From positions 25,883 through 89,882 of the forward strand of contig CAMHJQ010000003.1 of NCBI GenBank assembly GCA_946185485.1: a DNA stretch of 64,000 nucleotides, given 5' to 3'. The translations under genes were made by a program, and so were the position numbers. This stretch comes from an uncultured Prevotellaceae bacterium. GTDB taxonomy: Bacteria; Bacteroidota; Bacteroidia; Bacteroidales; Bacteroidaceae. The stretch's first letter is position 1; every line of letters starts with the position of its first letter. Below, in pieces: positions 50,436-58,156 of the stretch. The notes under the pieces were generated by a model, which was not told the origin of the DNA, made no database searches, and saw only the letters and a list, made by a program, of their open reading frames with translations.

Positions 50436-53036
50436 TTAAACGATGATCGCACTTATCAGTTTTTTATACTGGCCTTGCTTGAGGCGCTGAATAAAATGAT
50501 GTGTTAACCAGCGATTGCACTGCTGATGAGCTGGGTGATATTCTAGTTCTAAAACGCGCTGGACGTCTTCAATCTTGAACACCTTCGGCAATCGCTCGTA
50601 GGCATCGGCATTCTTCGAATTCTTCCTGCGTGGCACATATTCGCGTGCTGCATTCTCCCACGAGTCCACCAGCATCTGGCCGAAGAAGTAGTCCTGAAAC
50701 CAGATGACCGTGTCGAACATCAGCGTGGCAAACTTCAGGTCGTCGGCGTTGATGTCGAGCTGTCCCGTCTTTCGGAAGTCGTCATACTGGCGTGCCAGGA
50801 TGCGGGGGACGGTGAACCATGTAGCGTAGAACACGGCACGCTTCCTGAGGTAGTCGATGACCAGATCGTCTGCAAGCCGTGCCTCCTCGGCTGCCTGGGC
50901 GCAGAGCGTGTAGACATGGTCTATCAGCTTGCCCAGCGGCAGCTCGCCATGCAGCAGCTCCAGCTTGCGGCCCCACTCTGCCAGCGCGTCGTTGGTCTGC
51001 TGGTCTACCAGTCCGCGCCGCACCATCTGGAAGTTGCCGCCGTCCATCGGGAAGATGGCTACTCGGGAGCACAGTCCGTCGTTGATGTTGCGCATATTGA
51101 ACTTCTTGTAGAGGCTGACCGTCGTACCTGTGGTTACTGAGTTCCACAGCACGGGCAGGATGTCGTTGATAGAGTCGCCGTTGGCATAGTCGACACCCGA
51201 GAGCTCATTGTGGAAGGCCTTCAGTTCCAGGTCGTGCTTGCCAATCCATGCACCGCCGCTCTGGGCCGAGATGCTGCTGTCCAGCTCCGAGTCGAACATG
51301 TAGAGGTGCAGGGGCAGAACCTCGCCCTCTACGATTTCCTTCGCCCGCTTGAGTCGGCGGAAGAAGATGTTGTTCGACGTCTTCGTGGGCAGGTAGCGTA
51401 TCATGCCCTCGGGTTCCACCAGTGCGTCCTGCTTCTGGGCCTTGCTGGAGGTGCCTCGCTTCTTCTGTTCCTGCTTGTAGCGCTGTTCCTGTTCGCGCAC
51501 CACCTGGTCGGCATCCCTCATGGCTGTCATGATGTGGTCGTCCAGATGTTTGGCGAAGCTTTTTCCGCTGGCAGGGTGTCCGATGATGAGCACCTGCGGG
51601 TTCATCCTTTGGCGGCCTCCGTCATAGTGGCGGTACCAGCAGCGGGTGAGCAGCGTGCAGTACATGGCGCCTGCCGCCCAGACGGCACCGAGCCAGTTGC
51701 GGCGGCTCACTCCCCGACAGGCTTCGGCATAAGGGGCGCTAAGGAGAGGCTCCAGCCTTTGAGCGAACTCGTCGTAAGGCACTTCAACTGCTGCCACAGC
51801 GCCTGCAGCTGCAGGGCTGTCGCCGGCATGAATACCCACACTTTCAAGCACCTTTTGCAGCCGCTTCGGGATGCTGCCGTAGCGTTGTCGCTGACAAGCC
51901 GCAGCAGCAACGTCGTCGACTTCTCCCTCTCCGCGTTCGCGGATGACGTCTTGCACAAATCCGCACATTCCAAGGACCCTGCTGACCAGTTTCGGGTCGT
52001 TGTCGCAGATATACCTAAGGTCGAGAGCCATTCTGAGCATTGTCTGGTGGCGGTCTCCAACGGCGGGGTTTCCGCCTTGCGCGGCCTGCCACGCTTCGCA
52101 GATTCTTTCGTAACTGATTCCATGATAATTTGAATACAACTCGTTATTGTTATTTTCTTTTTGACGACAACTTGGACAACTTGGACAACATCTTTCTTCA
52201 CCATCTTGTTCCTTTTCACCTTCTTCTGGCGCAACATTAAAAGTTGTCTTAGTTGTCATAGTTGTCGTTAATAATTCACCCGTTGTCGTTCCAGCGCGTG
52301 TCGGCTCGGTGTGCCCTTCGCGGTACGCCTGGCAGAACTTTTCGTCAAAATCCTTGTCGTAGTAGTCCAGCAAGGTTTCTTCATCCAGGAAGTAGACGTC
52401 GCTGCGCATGGGTGCGTACGATATCCTTGATGCGTCGATGCAGCTGGCATCGGCTTTGACACCGAGGGCCCTGGCCAGCTCTATCTGGTTGTCGGCGATG
52501 TTTCCGACTTCCTTCCGCACCTTGCATACCAGTCGCAATCCCCTGCCCGACGATGTAACGTGTGCCAGCACCACCTGCCATGGGAAACCCTCTGCTCGCG
52601 TCTGCTCGTAGATCTCCCGCGGGTTGTCCACGTGGTCGGCATCGAACATAAACAGTCCGCTCAGGTGGATGCCCGCCAGCACGCGGCGTCGCATCACTTT
52701 CTGCGGGTCCTTCTTCGTCGCCACCTCGTCAAACTCCCGTGCCCCGAAGACCAGGCAGGGCAGCGACTCCTTCAAAGTGTTTGCCCAGCGGCACAGCTTT
52801 TCTTCGTCCGTGAGGGCCTTGAACGTCTCTCCCGATCTTTTCTTACTGCCCTCCTTCAGGCAGAACTTCTGGAATTCCTCGTTCTTTCCCCATTGCCTGA
52901 TGGCGTCCGGCTGTCGGACAGCCCTGATAGTTTCTATTTTCCACTTGACTAATGGTGAGTCCAGTATCTCGTTCAGTTTCTCCCGCGTGCCTGGCACGGC
53001 GGGAGAAAAATACTGGTTGTCCTGTGTACAAAACAT
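50436..53036 (-). CDS. VirE_N/BT4734-like primase-polymerase fused to a P-loop (DUF3987-like) helicase
   Basis: KESLP, SGLFMFDADH, HVTSSGRGLR, DASCIDASR, GDRH and Walker A GHPASGKS. ATG 53036 lies 1 nt after the upstream stop. Confidence 0.8.
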   Translation of the reverse strand: MFCTQDNQYFSPAVPGTREKLNEILDSPLVKWKIETIRAVRQPDAIRQWGKNEEFQKFCLKEGSKKRSGETFKALTDEEKLCRWANTLKESLPCLVFGAREFDEVATKKDPQKVMRRRVLAGIHLSGLFMFDADHVDNPREIYEQTRAEGFPWQVVLAHVTSSGRGLRLVCKVRKEVGNIADNQIELARALGVKADASCIDASRISYAPMRSDVYFLDEETLLDYYDKDFDEKFCQAYREGHTEPTRAGTTTGELLTTTMTTKTTFNVAPEEGEKEQDGEERCCPSCPSCRQKENNNNELYSNYHGISYERICEAWQAAQGGNPAVGDRHQTMLRMALDLRYICDNDPKLVSRVLGMCGFVQDVIRERGEGEVDDVAAAACQRQRYGSIPKRLQKVLESVGIHAGDSPAAAGAVAAVEVPYDEFAQRLEPLLSAPYAEACRGVSRRNWLGAVWAAGAMYCTLLTRCWYRHYDGGRQRMNPQVLIIGHPASGKSFAKHLDDHIMTAMRDADQVVREQEQRYKQEQKKRGTSSKAQKQDALVEPEGMIRYLPTKTSNNIFFRRLKRAKEIVEGEVLPLHLYMFDSELDSSISAQSGGAWIGKHDLELKAFHNELSGVDYANGDSINDILPVLWNSVTTGTTVSLYKKFNMRNINDGLCSRVAIFPMDGGNFQMVRRGLVDQQTNDALAEWGRKLELLHGELPLGKLIDHVYTLCAQAAEEARLADDLVIDYLRKRAVFYATWFTVPRILARQYDDFRKTGQLDINADDLKFATLMFDTVIWFQDYFFGQMLVDSWENAAREYVPRRKNSKNADAYERLPKVFKIEDVQRVLELEYHPAHQQCNRWLTHHFIQRLKQGQYKKLISAIIV
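52161..52271. repeat. In-frame 111-bp palindromic element: (GACAAC-N3)x3 ... (GTTGTC-N3)x3
   Basis: TTGACGACAACttgGACAACttgGACAAC at 52161-52189 and GTTGTCttaGTTGTCataGTTGTCGTTAA at 52243-52271. Confidence 0.88.
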
Positions 53037-53037
53037 A

Positions 53038-53376
53038 TCAGATGCTGTCAATCAGTTCCAGGTCGGCCATGTTCAGCGATTTCAGGTACTCCACCAGTTC
53101 CATGGCCTGGCGCTTCAGCTCGGCAGCGGAGCGGACAGGTCCCATGCCGCGGTTGGCACTGGCATAGATCTTGTACTTCTTAGCGCTGCGCTTCAGCCAG
53201 CCGCTGGCACTCTCGCAGAGCATTTCGTCCTTCTTCCTGTCGCGATGGCGCAGGTAGGGTCTGAACGACAGCTCCCTTGTCATCGGGTCGTAGTACAGCG
53301 CCCCCTCCAGACGCTTTCTGGCCCTGACCAGTTCTAAAGTCTCATCTTCAATTCTCGTTCGTCTAAATAGATTCAT
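53038..53376 (-). CDS. Hypothetical protein coupled to the primase-helicase gene
   Basis: 112-aa ORF, co-oriented, abuts the primase ATG. Confidence 0.7.
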   Translation of the reverse strand: MNLFRRTRIEDETLELVRARKRLEGALYYDPMTRELSFRPYLRHRDRKKDEMLCESASGWLKRSAKKYKIYASANRGMGPVRSAAELKRQAMELVEYLKSLNMADLELIDSI

Positions 53377-53379
53377 GTG

Positions 53380-53418
53380 TTTAGTTTAGAGTTTAGGGTT
53401 TAGAGTTTAGAGAAAATT
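53380..53418. repeat. TTTAG(A/G)G heptamer block
   Basis: TTTAG TTTAGAG TTTAGGG TTTAGAG TTTAGAG AAAATT. Confidence 0.9.
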
Positions 53419-53515
53419 ACACAATAGGATCGGTTCTCTCTTCGAGAGTGTGGCGTTCTCTCCATGAGAGTGTGGCGTTGCAATGCAATCCGCTGTGTAA
53501 TTTATTTTTTATTTT

Positions 53516-53794
53516 TTATTTTTTATTTAGGGCTTTAGCCCGCTTGGCTTTGCCTCGCTCCTTCATGGCAACGATCTCTTTCTGCAGCTCGACCTTCGTC
53601 TTGTCCGAGAACGAGCGGAGCAGCTGCGACACTCCCCGTCCCCGTCTGTGTTGTTTGCCCTTCAGGATGACATGGTATATCAATCCTTCAATCAATTGTC
53701 CCTCGCTATCGTACAGATAGCCAGCATTTCCTACTTCCAACGCATAGCCCTCAGGCTTCGTCGATACCTTGATGTTTTGTCTGTCTTTTTGCAT
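53516..53794 (-). CDS. Hypothetical protein
   Basis: 92-aa ORF, co-oriented, with an A-rich initiation region. Confidence 0.7.
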   Translation of the reverse strand: MQKDRQNIKVSTKPEGYALEVGNAGYLYDSEGQLIEGLIYHVILKGKQHRRGRGVSQLLRSFSDKTKVELQKEIVAMKERGKAKRAKALNKK

Positions 53795-53995
53795 AGTTTT
53801 TTTTTAGTTTAGAGTTTAGAGTTTAGGGTTTAGAGAAAATTGTTTTTTAGTTTAGAGTTTAGTGTTAAGAGTTTAGAGTTTAAAGTTTAGAGTTTAGAGA
53901 AAAATTGTTTTTTAGTTTAGAGTTTAGTGTTTAGAGAAAAAGGGCTTTAGCCCGTTATGTTGTCTCTGTTGTCATTTGTTGTCGTTAAAAACCAC
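53795..53995. repeat. Composite intergenic repeat module, copy 1
   Basis: Three TTTTTTAG(TTTAGAG)n blocks, then AAAGGGCTTTAGCCCG, (GTTGTC)x3 and GTTAAAAACCA. Confidence 0.92.
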
Positions 53996-54001
53996 CTGTC
54001 A

Positions 54002-54445
54002 TTAGTTGTCGTTAATACATTTGACATGCCTTCTGTTCAAGGCGGGTCGCACGGCAAAGTGCACCCAATAAACATAGCCTTTCTTCTCCAGTATCAGTTC
54101 GTCAAAGGCCTCCCGGTTCTGGTCGCTGATGTCCAGCAGGATGACGGCATAGCGCAGAGCCTGTTCCAAGCCACAAGCACGGATGTCTACCGCACATCCC
54201 GTCAAGTGGTTGCTCTGCTGGGCACCGCCCACTGCCTTGTTCACCGCTTCCGACCGATAGCCGCTGTTGATGATCACCGGATCGTCACCGTCGCCGTATC
54301 TGCTGTTCCATTCCTTTCGCAGCATCTCCAGCCACCTGCATACTCGGATGATGTTCGCCAGGGCGTTGGGAGAGGGCGTGTTGTCCACGCCCTTCACCGT
54401 CGTCCGCGTCATCTCCTCCAAAGTGAAATGTTCCGTCAGCTTCAT
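54002..54445 (-). CDS. Peptidase M15A (endolysin-like D-Ala-D-Ala peptidase fold)
   Basis: LTEHFTLEE, NSGYRS, SNHLTGCAVDI (H-x6-D) and WVH motifs. Confidence 0.88.
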   Translation of the reverse strand: MKLTEHFTLEEMTRTTVKGVDNTPSPNALANIIRVCRWLEMLRKEWNSRYGDGDDPVIINSGYRSEAVNKAVGGAQQSNHLTGCAVDIRACGLEQALRYAVILLDISDQNREAFDELILEKKGYVYWVHFAVRPALNRRHVKCINDN

Positions 54446-54450
54446 CTACA

Positions 54451-54738
54451 TTACGCCATTCTTACAATCCTTACTCCGTTTTCAAACCTGCGTTGCTGTT
54501 GCTGATCGAGCCACTCACGGCACGAGAGTTCAAATGTCACCAGGTGTGGTACTGTCAGGTCGGGCTTCTGCTGGTCCAGTGCCCTGGCCATATCGCCCAC
54601 AGCCTCGGCGAACATTGTGTTGATGCCATCCGTCAGTACAAATCCCGTGCTGACGAATACCTTCTGCTGACCCTGCTGGTCAGTGTACGAGCGCTCCCGC
54701 ATCGGCAGCTGCTCCTTGATTAATACTAATCTGTCCAT
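54451..54738 (-). CDS. OB-fold ssDNA-binding-like protein (DUF3127-like)
   Basis: 95-aa beta-rich protein with GD.A and VTFELSCREW...RRFEN pattern. Confidence 0.55.
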   Translation of the reverse strand: MDRLVLIKEQLPMRERSYTDQQGQQKVFVSTGFVLTDGINTMFAEAVGDMARALDQQKPDLTVPHLVTFELSCREWLDQQQQRRFENGVRIVRMA

Positions 54739-54928
54739 AATTGTTTTTTAGTTTAGAGTTTAGAGTTTAAAGTTTAGAGAAAATTGTTTTTTAGTTTAGA
54801 GTTTAGAGTTTAGGGGTTAGAGAAAATTGTTTTTTAGTTTAGGGTTTAGAGAAAAAGGGCTTTAGCCCGCTTTGTTGTCTTTGTTGTCTTTGTTGTCGTT
54901 AAAAACCATCTTTAGGGCTTTAGCCCGT
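54739..54928. repeat. Composite intergenic repeat module, copy 2
   Basis: Same order of parts as 53795-53995, plus an extra GGGCTTTAGCCC at 54915-54926. Confidence 0.92.
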
Positions 54929-54929
54929 T

Positions 54930-55286
54930 TCATTTGATTGCGATTCTTGAGCCATGCTTCATCTCAAAGTCCCTACGTATGCTTTCCACGCTCGCCGGGG
55001 TCATTTCCTTTCCCATAGCCTTTGCTCGAAGCTCGGAGGTACGAACCTCCATCAGAGTAAGCTGGTATTCGCGGCATTGAACCTTTCCACGTTCAACGCC
55101 CAGCGTTGCCAGCTGCGAACATATCTCCCATCCATTGCAAACGCTGCATCCGCGGGTAGGCCGTCCCGTCAGCATGCACCTGCGATTGCCAAAGTCGTCG
55201 AGACACTTGTGCCCGCACGAAGCGCAGCACTTCATAATCATGATGCCATACTTGTTCGGCATCCATTCAGTTGCTTTTTTATTCAT
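54930..55286 (-). CDS. Cys-rich hypothetical protein (possible Zn-binding)
   Basis: CCASCGHKC...C...CSVC motifs. Confidence 0.7.
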   Translation of the reverse strand: MNKKATEWMPNKYGIMIMKCCASCGHKCLDDFGNRRCMLTGRPTRGCSVCNGWEICSQLATLGVERGKVQCREYQLTLMEVRTSELRAKAMGKEMTPASVESIRRDFEMKHGSRIAIK

Positions 55287-55483
55287 ATTGTTGTTTTTTG
55301 TGTTAGTTTTACTCCCCTGGGCCTACCCAAGGGGTCGTTGTTTCCACAATGTCAAAGATCGCTTCAGCGAGTGAAGAGCCAAGCTTGTTTGAGCTCTTCC
55401 GAGCGCCTAAGATTTTCGAGCGAAGCTCAAAGATCGCTTATCTCAGGTCGCTTGCCTTGGGAGCTTGTTTCCTTTCGACGACG

Positions 55484-55491
55484 CAAAAGTA
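55484..55491 (-). promoter_or_regulatory. -7 box (TACTTTTG) heading the primase module
   Basis: TAnnTTTG followed by GTCGAAAG, as also seen at the box at 56672-56679. Confidence 0.6.
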
Positions 55492-55544
55492 CGAACTTGT
55501 TCTGAATCATAAAAGCTTTATAATCAGCATGTTCAACTATCTGT

Positions 55545-56036
55545 TCAGCCTAAACTGGTTTTGTTCAACTTTTCGTTCAACAAGGCTCTTTTTGCCCTTC
55601 TGTAAGCACTCAAAAACTGCTTTACAAGATTTGTTCGCCTTAATGCCTCCGAGGTTTTAGGGTTATCCAAGAACATCCAATTAGGATATTCCTCCATCGT
55701 ATTATTCTCTGCGCTATATAAAGTGGTACGCGAAGGGACGTTCTGCAAGCCAATCTCTTTCAGGTAGTCTATGAAATCCTGATGTGAACGAAATGTTTCA
55801 AAGTCGTCAATGGCTCCCTGGTTCATTGACATCATGATCCACGCATAGTCACGAGGTCTGCGTATTGCACCATCTGCCAGCAGACTCTCAAAAGCCTCCT
55901 TTGCACACTGTGCGCAATCATCCTCACTCACATCACTGTCCATCGAGCATACCATCTCCACGCCCTCCAGATGCCCCACCAGTTGCTCCACCAGCTGAGC
56001 CATCTCGTCATTCACTCTAAGAGTTATCTCTTTCAT
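55545..56036 (-). CDS. Hypothetical protein
   Basis: 163-aa co-oriented ORF. Confidence 0.7.
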   Translation of the reverse strand: MKEITLRVNDEMAQLVEQLVGHLEGVEMVCSMDSDVSEDDCAQCAKEAFESLLADGAIRRPRDYAWIMMSMNQGAIDDFETFRSHQDFIDYLKEIGLQNVPSRTTLYSAENNTMEEYPNWMFLDNPKTSEALRRTNLVKQFLSAYRRAKRALLNEKLNKTSLG

Positions 56037-56118
56037 CTTTCCGAAGTTGTTGTGAGCAGTGTTGAGCTTGTCGACTTTTCTCCTAGGTAACTCTCACACA
56101 ACCCGGGTTTACTCTATT

Positions 56119-56436
56119 TTATAAATCCTCGCTATTCTCCTGTCCCATTTCAGCTAACATCTCCTCAGTCTCTTCTTGGAACATCGGAACTAGTTTGTCG
56201 AATAGACTCTGGCAATCATAGCCCTCACTTAGCGACATCGCCCTCAGTGCACCATATGTCTTTGCAACAGCATAAATCTCTGCCATCAGAGCCACAGGCG
56301 AACAGCCATAGGCCGACAATTTTTCAATCAATACCGAAGCCAATTTCTCACCATGTTCAACCATAATCTCAAAATTACGGTTCTTCTTCTCTTCCTCGCT
56401 CATCGGAGCGGTGTTCAATCCAATTATCTTTGCCAT
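56119..56436 (-). CDS. Hypothetical acidic helical protein
   Basis: 105-aa ORF with AT-rich initiation region; -7 box TAATTTTG at 56672-56679. Confidence 0.7.
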   Translation of the reverse strand: MAKIIGLNTAPMSEEEKKNRNFEIMVEHGEKLASVLIEKLSAYGCSPVALMAEIYAVAKTYGALRAMSLSEGYDCQSLFDKLVPMFQEETEEMLAEMGQENSEDL

Positions 56437-56704
56437 AAAAATAAAGATTTTAAAATTAATAAATATTGTACGTGTGCGAGGTAGCCCTCGCGTTTTTAGA
56501 ATTCCAAGTCCTGATCCTCCATAGATGAACCATCAGGATTAACGAGAGAATATTAGATCCAAGGCAGCCAATCTTAGAGCTGTCTTCTTGTAGTGATTAT
56601 AATCTTTCTCCAGCCTTCTGGAGGTTCTTTTGTAGCATCGATTTCAAACAACTATTAGTCTTTCGACACTGCAAAATTATGGATAATATGAAGGTTAAGG
56701 ATAT

Positions 56705-56740
56705 AAAAAAACCTCGTTTACCCAATTTGGTACACGAGGT
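56705..56740 (-). terminator. Intrinsic terminator of the hsd operon
   Basis: Minus strand ACCTCGTGTACC-aaattg-GGTAAACGAGGT followed by a T-run. Confidence 0.7.
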
Positions 56741-56780
56741 ATATTATCTTTCTTAAAAGGTATATAATGTTGGTATATGA

Positions 56781-58148
56781 TTATGGCTTTTTTTTGTGTT
56801 CAATATATAATTCAGGCTTCTTAAAGTAATATGTATTATCTGATTTTATAGACCTACCATCCATTACCACAAACTCTTTGCGAATCTTATCAGCAAGGGC
56901 TTTATATTCCAGTGCAATCTTTGCTGAAGTGATGGTTTTTGCATTCCAATCCAATGAATGGGTATTCTTGAACTCGGGTTTTATCGACTTGAAGTGCTCT
57001 GTACTATAATTCCAGCCATAGACATCTTTTATCCACTTAATAAAGTGAACATCCATTTCATCATCCAACCATTCTATCTCTTCCAGTATGCGATGAACGA
57101 CAAAACAATTAGGAATATCGATTTTGTTATTCATCAACGCAGGTAGAATGCCTTTCACTTTTTTGACATCAATAACATCATTAAAGATTTTATCCCACAT
57201 GCTATCAGGGTACGATATATCATTATCTCTTTCAGGGTGAGTAGTTTCAGATATCAGAATATTTATCTCCTCTAACTTTAGTAGTGTTTCAAAGAAGAAC
57301 TCCCATTGCTCTTTATCTATAGTTTTCCTTTTCATTTCTAGAGCCATAGCCGCCTTGCTACCAGAGAAAGCTTCCCAAATCTTACCCGTTGAAGTTGTGC
57401 AGAAATTTTTGGTTAATGCACGATATTCATTGTCTAATCTTTCTTCAGTAATATTTCCTCTAAGTATTCCCTGCGTCACATGCAAACGATATTGTTCTTT
57501 CTTTGTAGGCCAGATATTTTTTACATAGTAGAGGTAATTCAAATCGAAAATCTTTTCCAGTTTTTCTTCTGAGAGATAGAGATCGTTATTCTTTATATAA
57601 TAAAGTTCTTTGTTTGTGATTCCAAGCAAATGTTCTAAACAAGGAATTAAATCATTACCATTACGGTAAGCCAATTTCTTTCCTATTCTGAAAAGCGGTT
57701 TTTTCTTATAACCCAATCTTCTTTTTTCGTATTCCTTATCAAAAGCATTATCTTTGTTATAGGAATCCTGAGCGTAAAGACCGTTTTCTTTTATTTTGAG
57801 AAGTAAATCGTTTATTTCGTCATAAGAGTCTTTAAATTCGTTATAGTATTTTTCATTGTTGTTGTACCAATCAATGTAAAGGTAATAGTCCTGAACATAT
57901 TTATAATTATCGATATGATCCAGAAAAAAAATAAATTTGAGAACTAAATTATAGGATAGATTACTGATTAAGGAGTAACTAAGCTTATACTCTATGATAT
58001 TCTTTACATCATACGCATAATGCTCTAATTCCTCCAGTATATACCCAATCTTAGCATCATAATCCAATTCTATGATGCTAAGACTCATCGGATCAAACCT
58101 CAACTGTTCACCCTGATATTTATTCTCCAGTTCCTCAATGCTTTCCAT
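56781..58148 (-). CDS. AT-rich hypothetical protein downstream of hsdR
   Basis: 455-aa ORF starting 8 bp after the hsdR stop; no motif recognised. Confidence 0.75.
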   Translation of the reverse strand: MESIEELENKYQGEQLRFDPMSLSIIELDYDAKIGYILEELEHYAYDVKNIIEYKLSYSLISNLSYNLVLKFIFFLDHIDNYKYVQDYYLYIDWYNNNEKYYNEFKDSYDEINDLLLKIKENGLYAQDSYNKDNAFDKEYEKRRLGYKKKPLFRIGKKLAYRNGNDLIPCLEHLLGITNKELYYIKNNDLYLSEEKLEKIFDLNYLYYVKNIWPTKKEQYRLHVTQGILRGNITEERLDNEYRALTKNFCTTSTGKIWEAFSGSKAAMALEMKRKTIDKEQWEFFFETLLKLEEINILISETTHPERDNDISYPDSMWDKIFNDVIDVKKVKGILPALMNNKIDIPNCFVVHRILEEIEWLDDEMDVHFIKWIKDVYGWNYSTEHFKSIKPEFKNTHSLDWNAKTITSAKIALEYKALADKIRKEFVVMDGRSIKSDNTYYFKKPELYIEHKKKP

Positions 58149-58156
58149 ATCACCAA

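Noticed and set aside
52170..52200. Zinc finger (CCPSCPSC) in the primase
   Set aside because: Explained as the translation of the GTTGTC-N3 DNA repeat in a linker.
53380..54850. Plant telomere (TTTAGGG) contamination
   Set aside because: Most units are TTTAGAG, and they are embedded as leaders of co-oriented bacterial ORFs.
53795..54928. CRISPR array
   Set aside because: Sequences between the repeated anchors are heptamer repeats of variable length, not unique spacers, and there are no cas genes.
49921..56700. Complete prophage, retron or diversity-generating retroelement
   Set aside because: No structural genes, terminase or reverse transcriptase motifs are seen.
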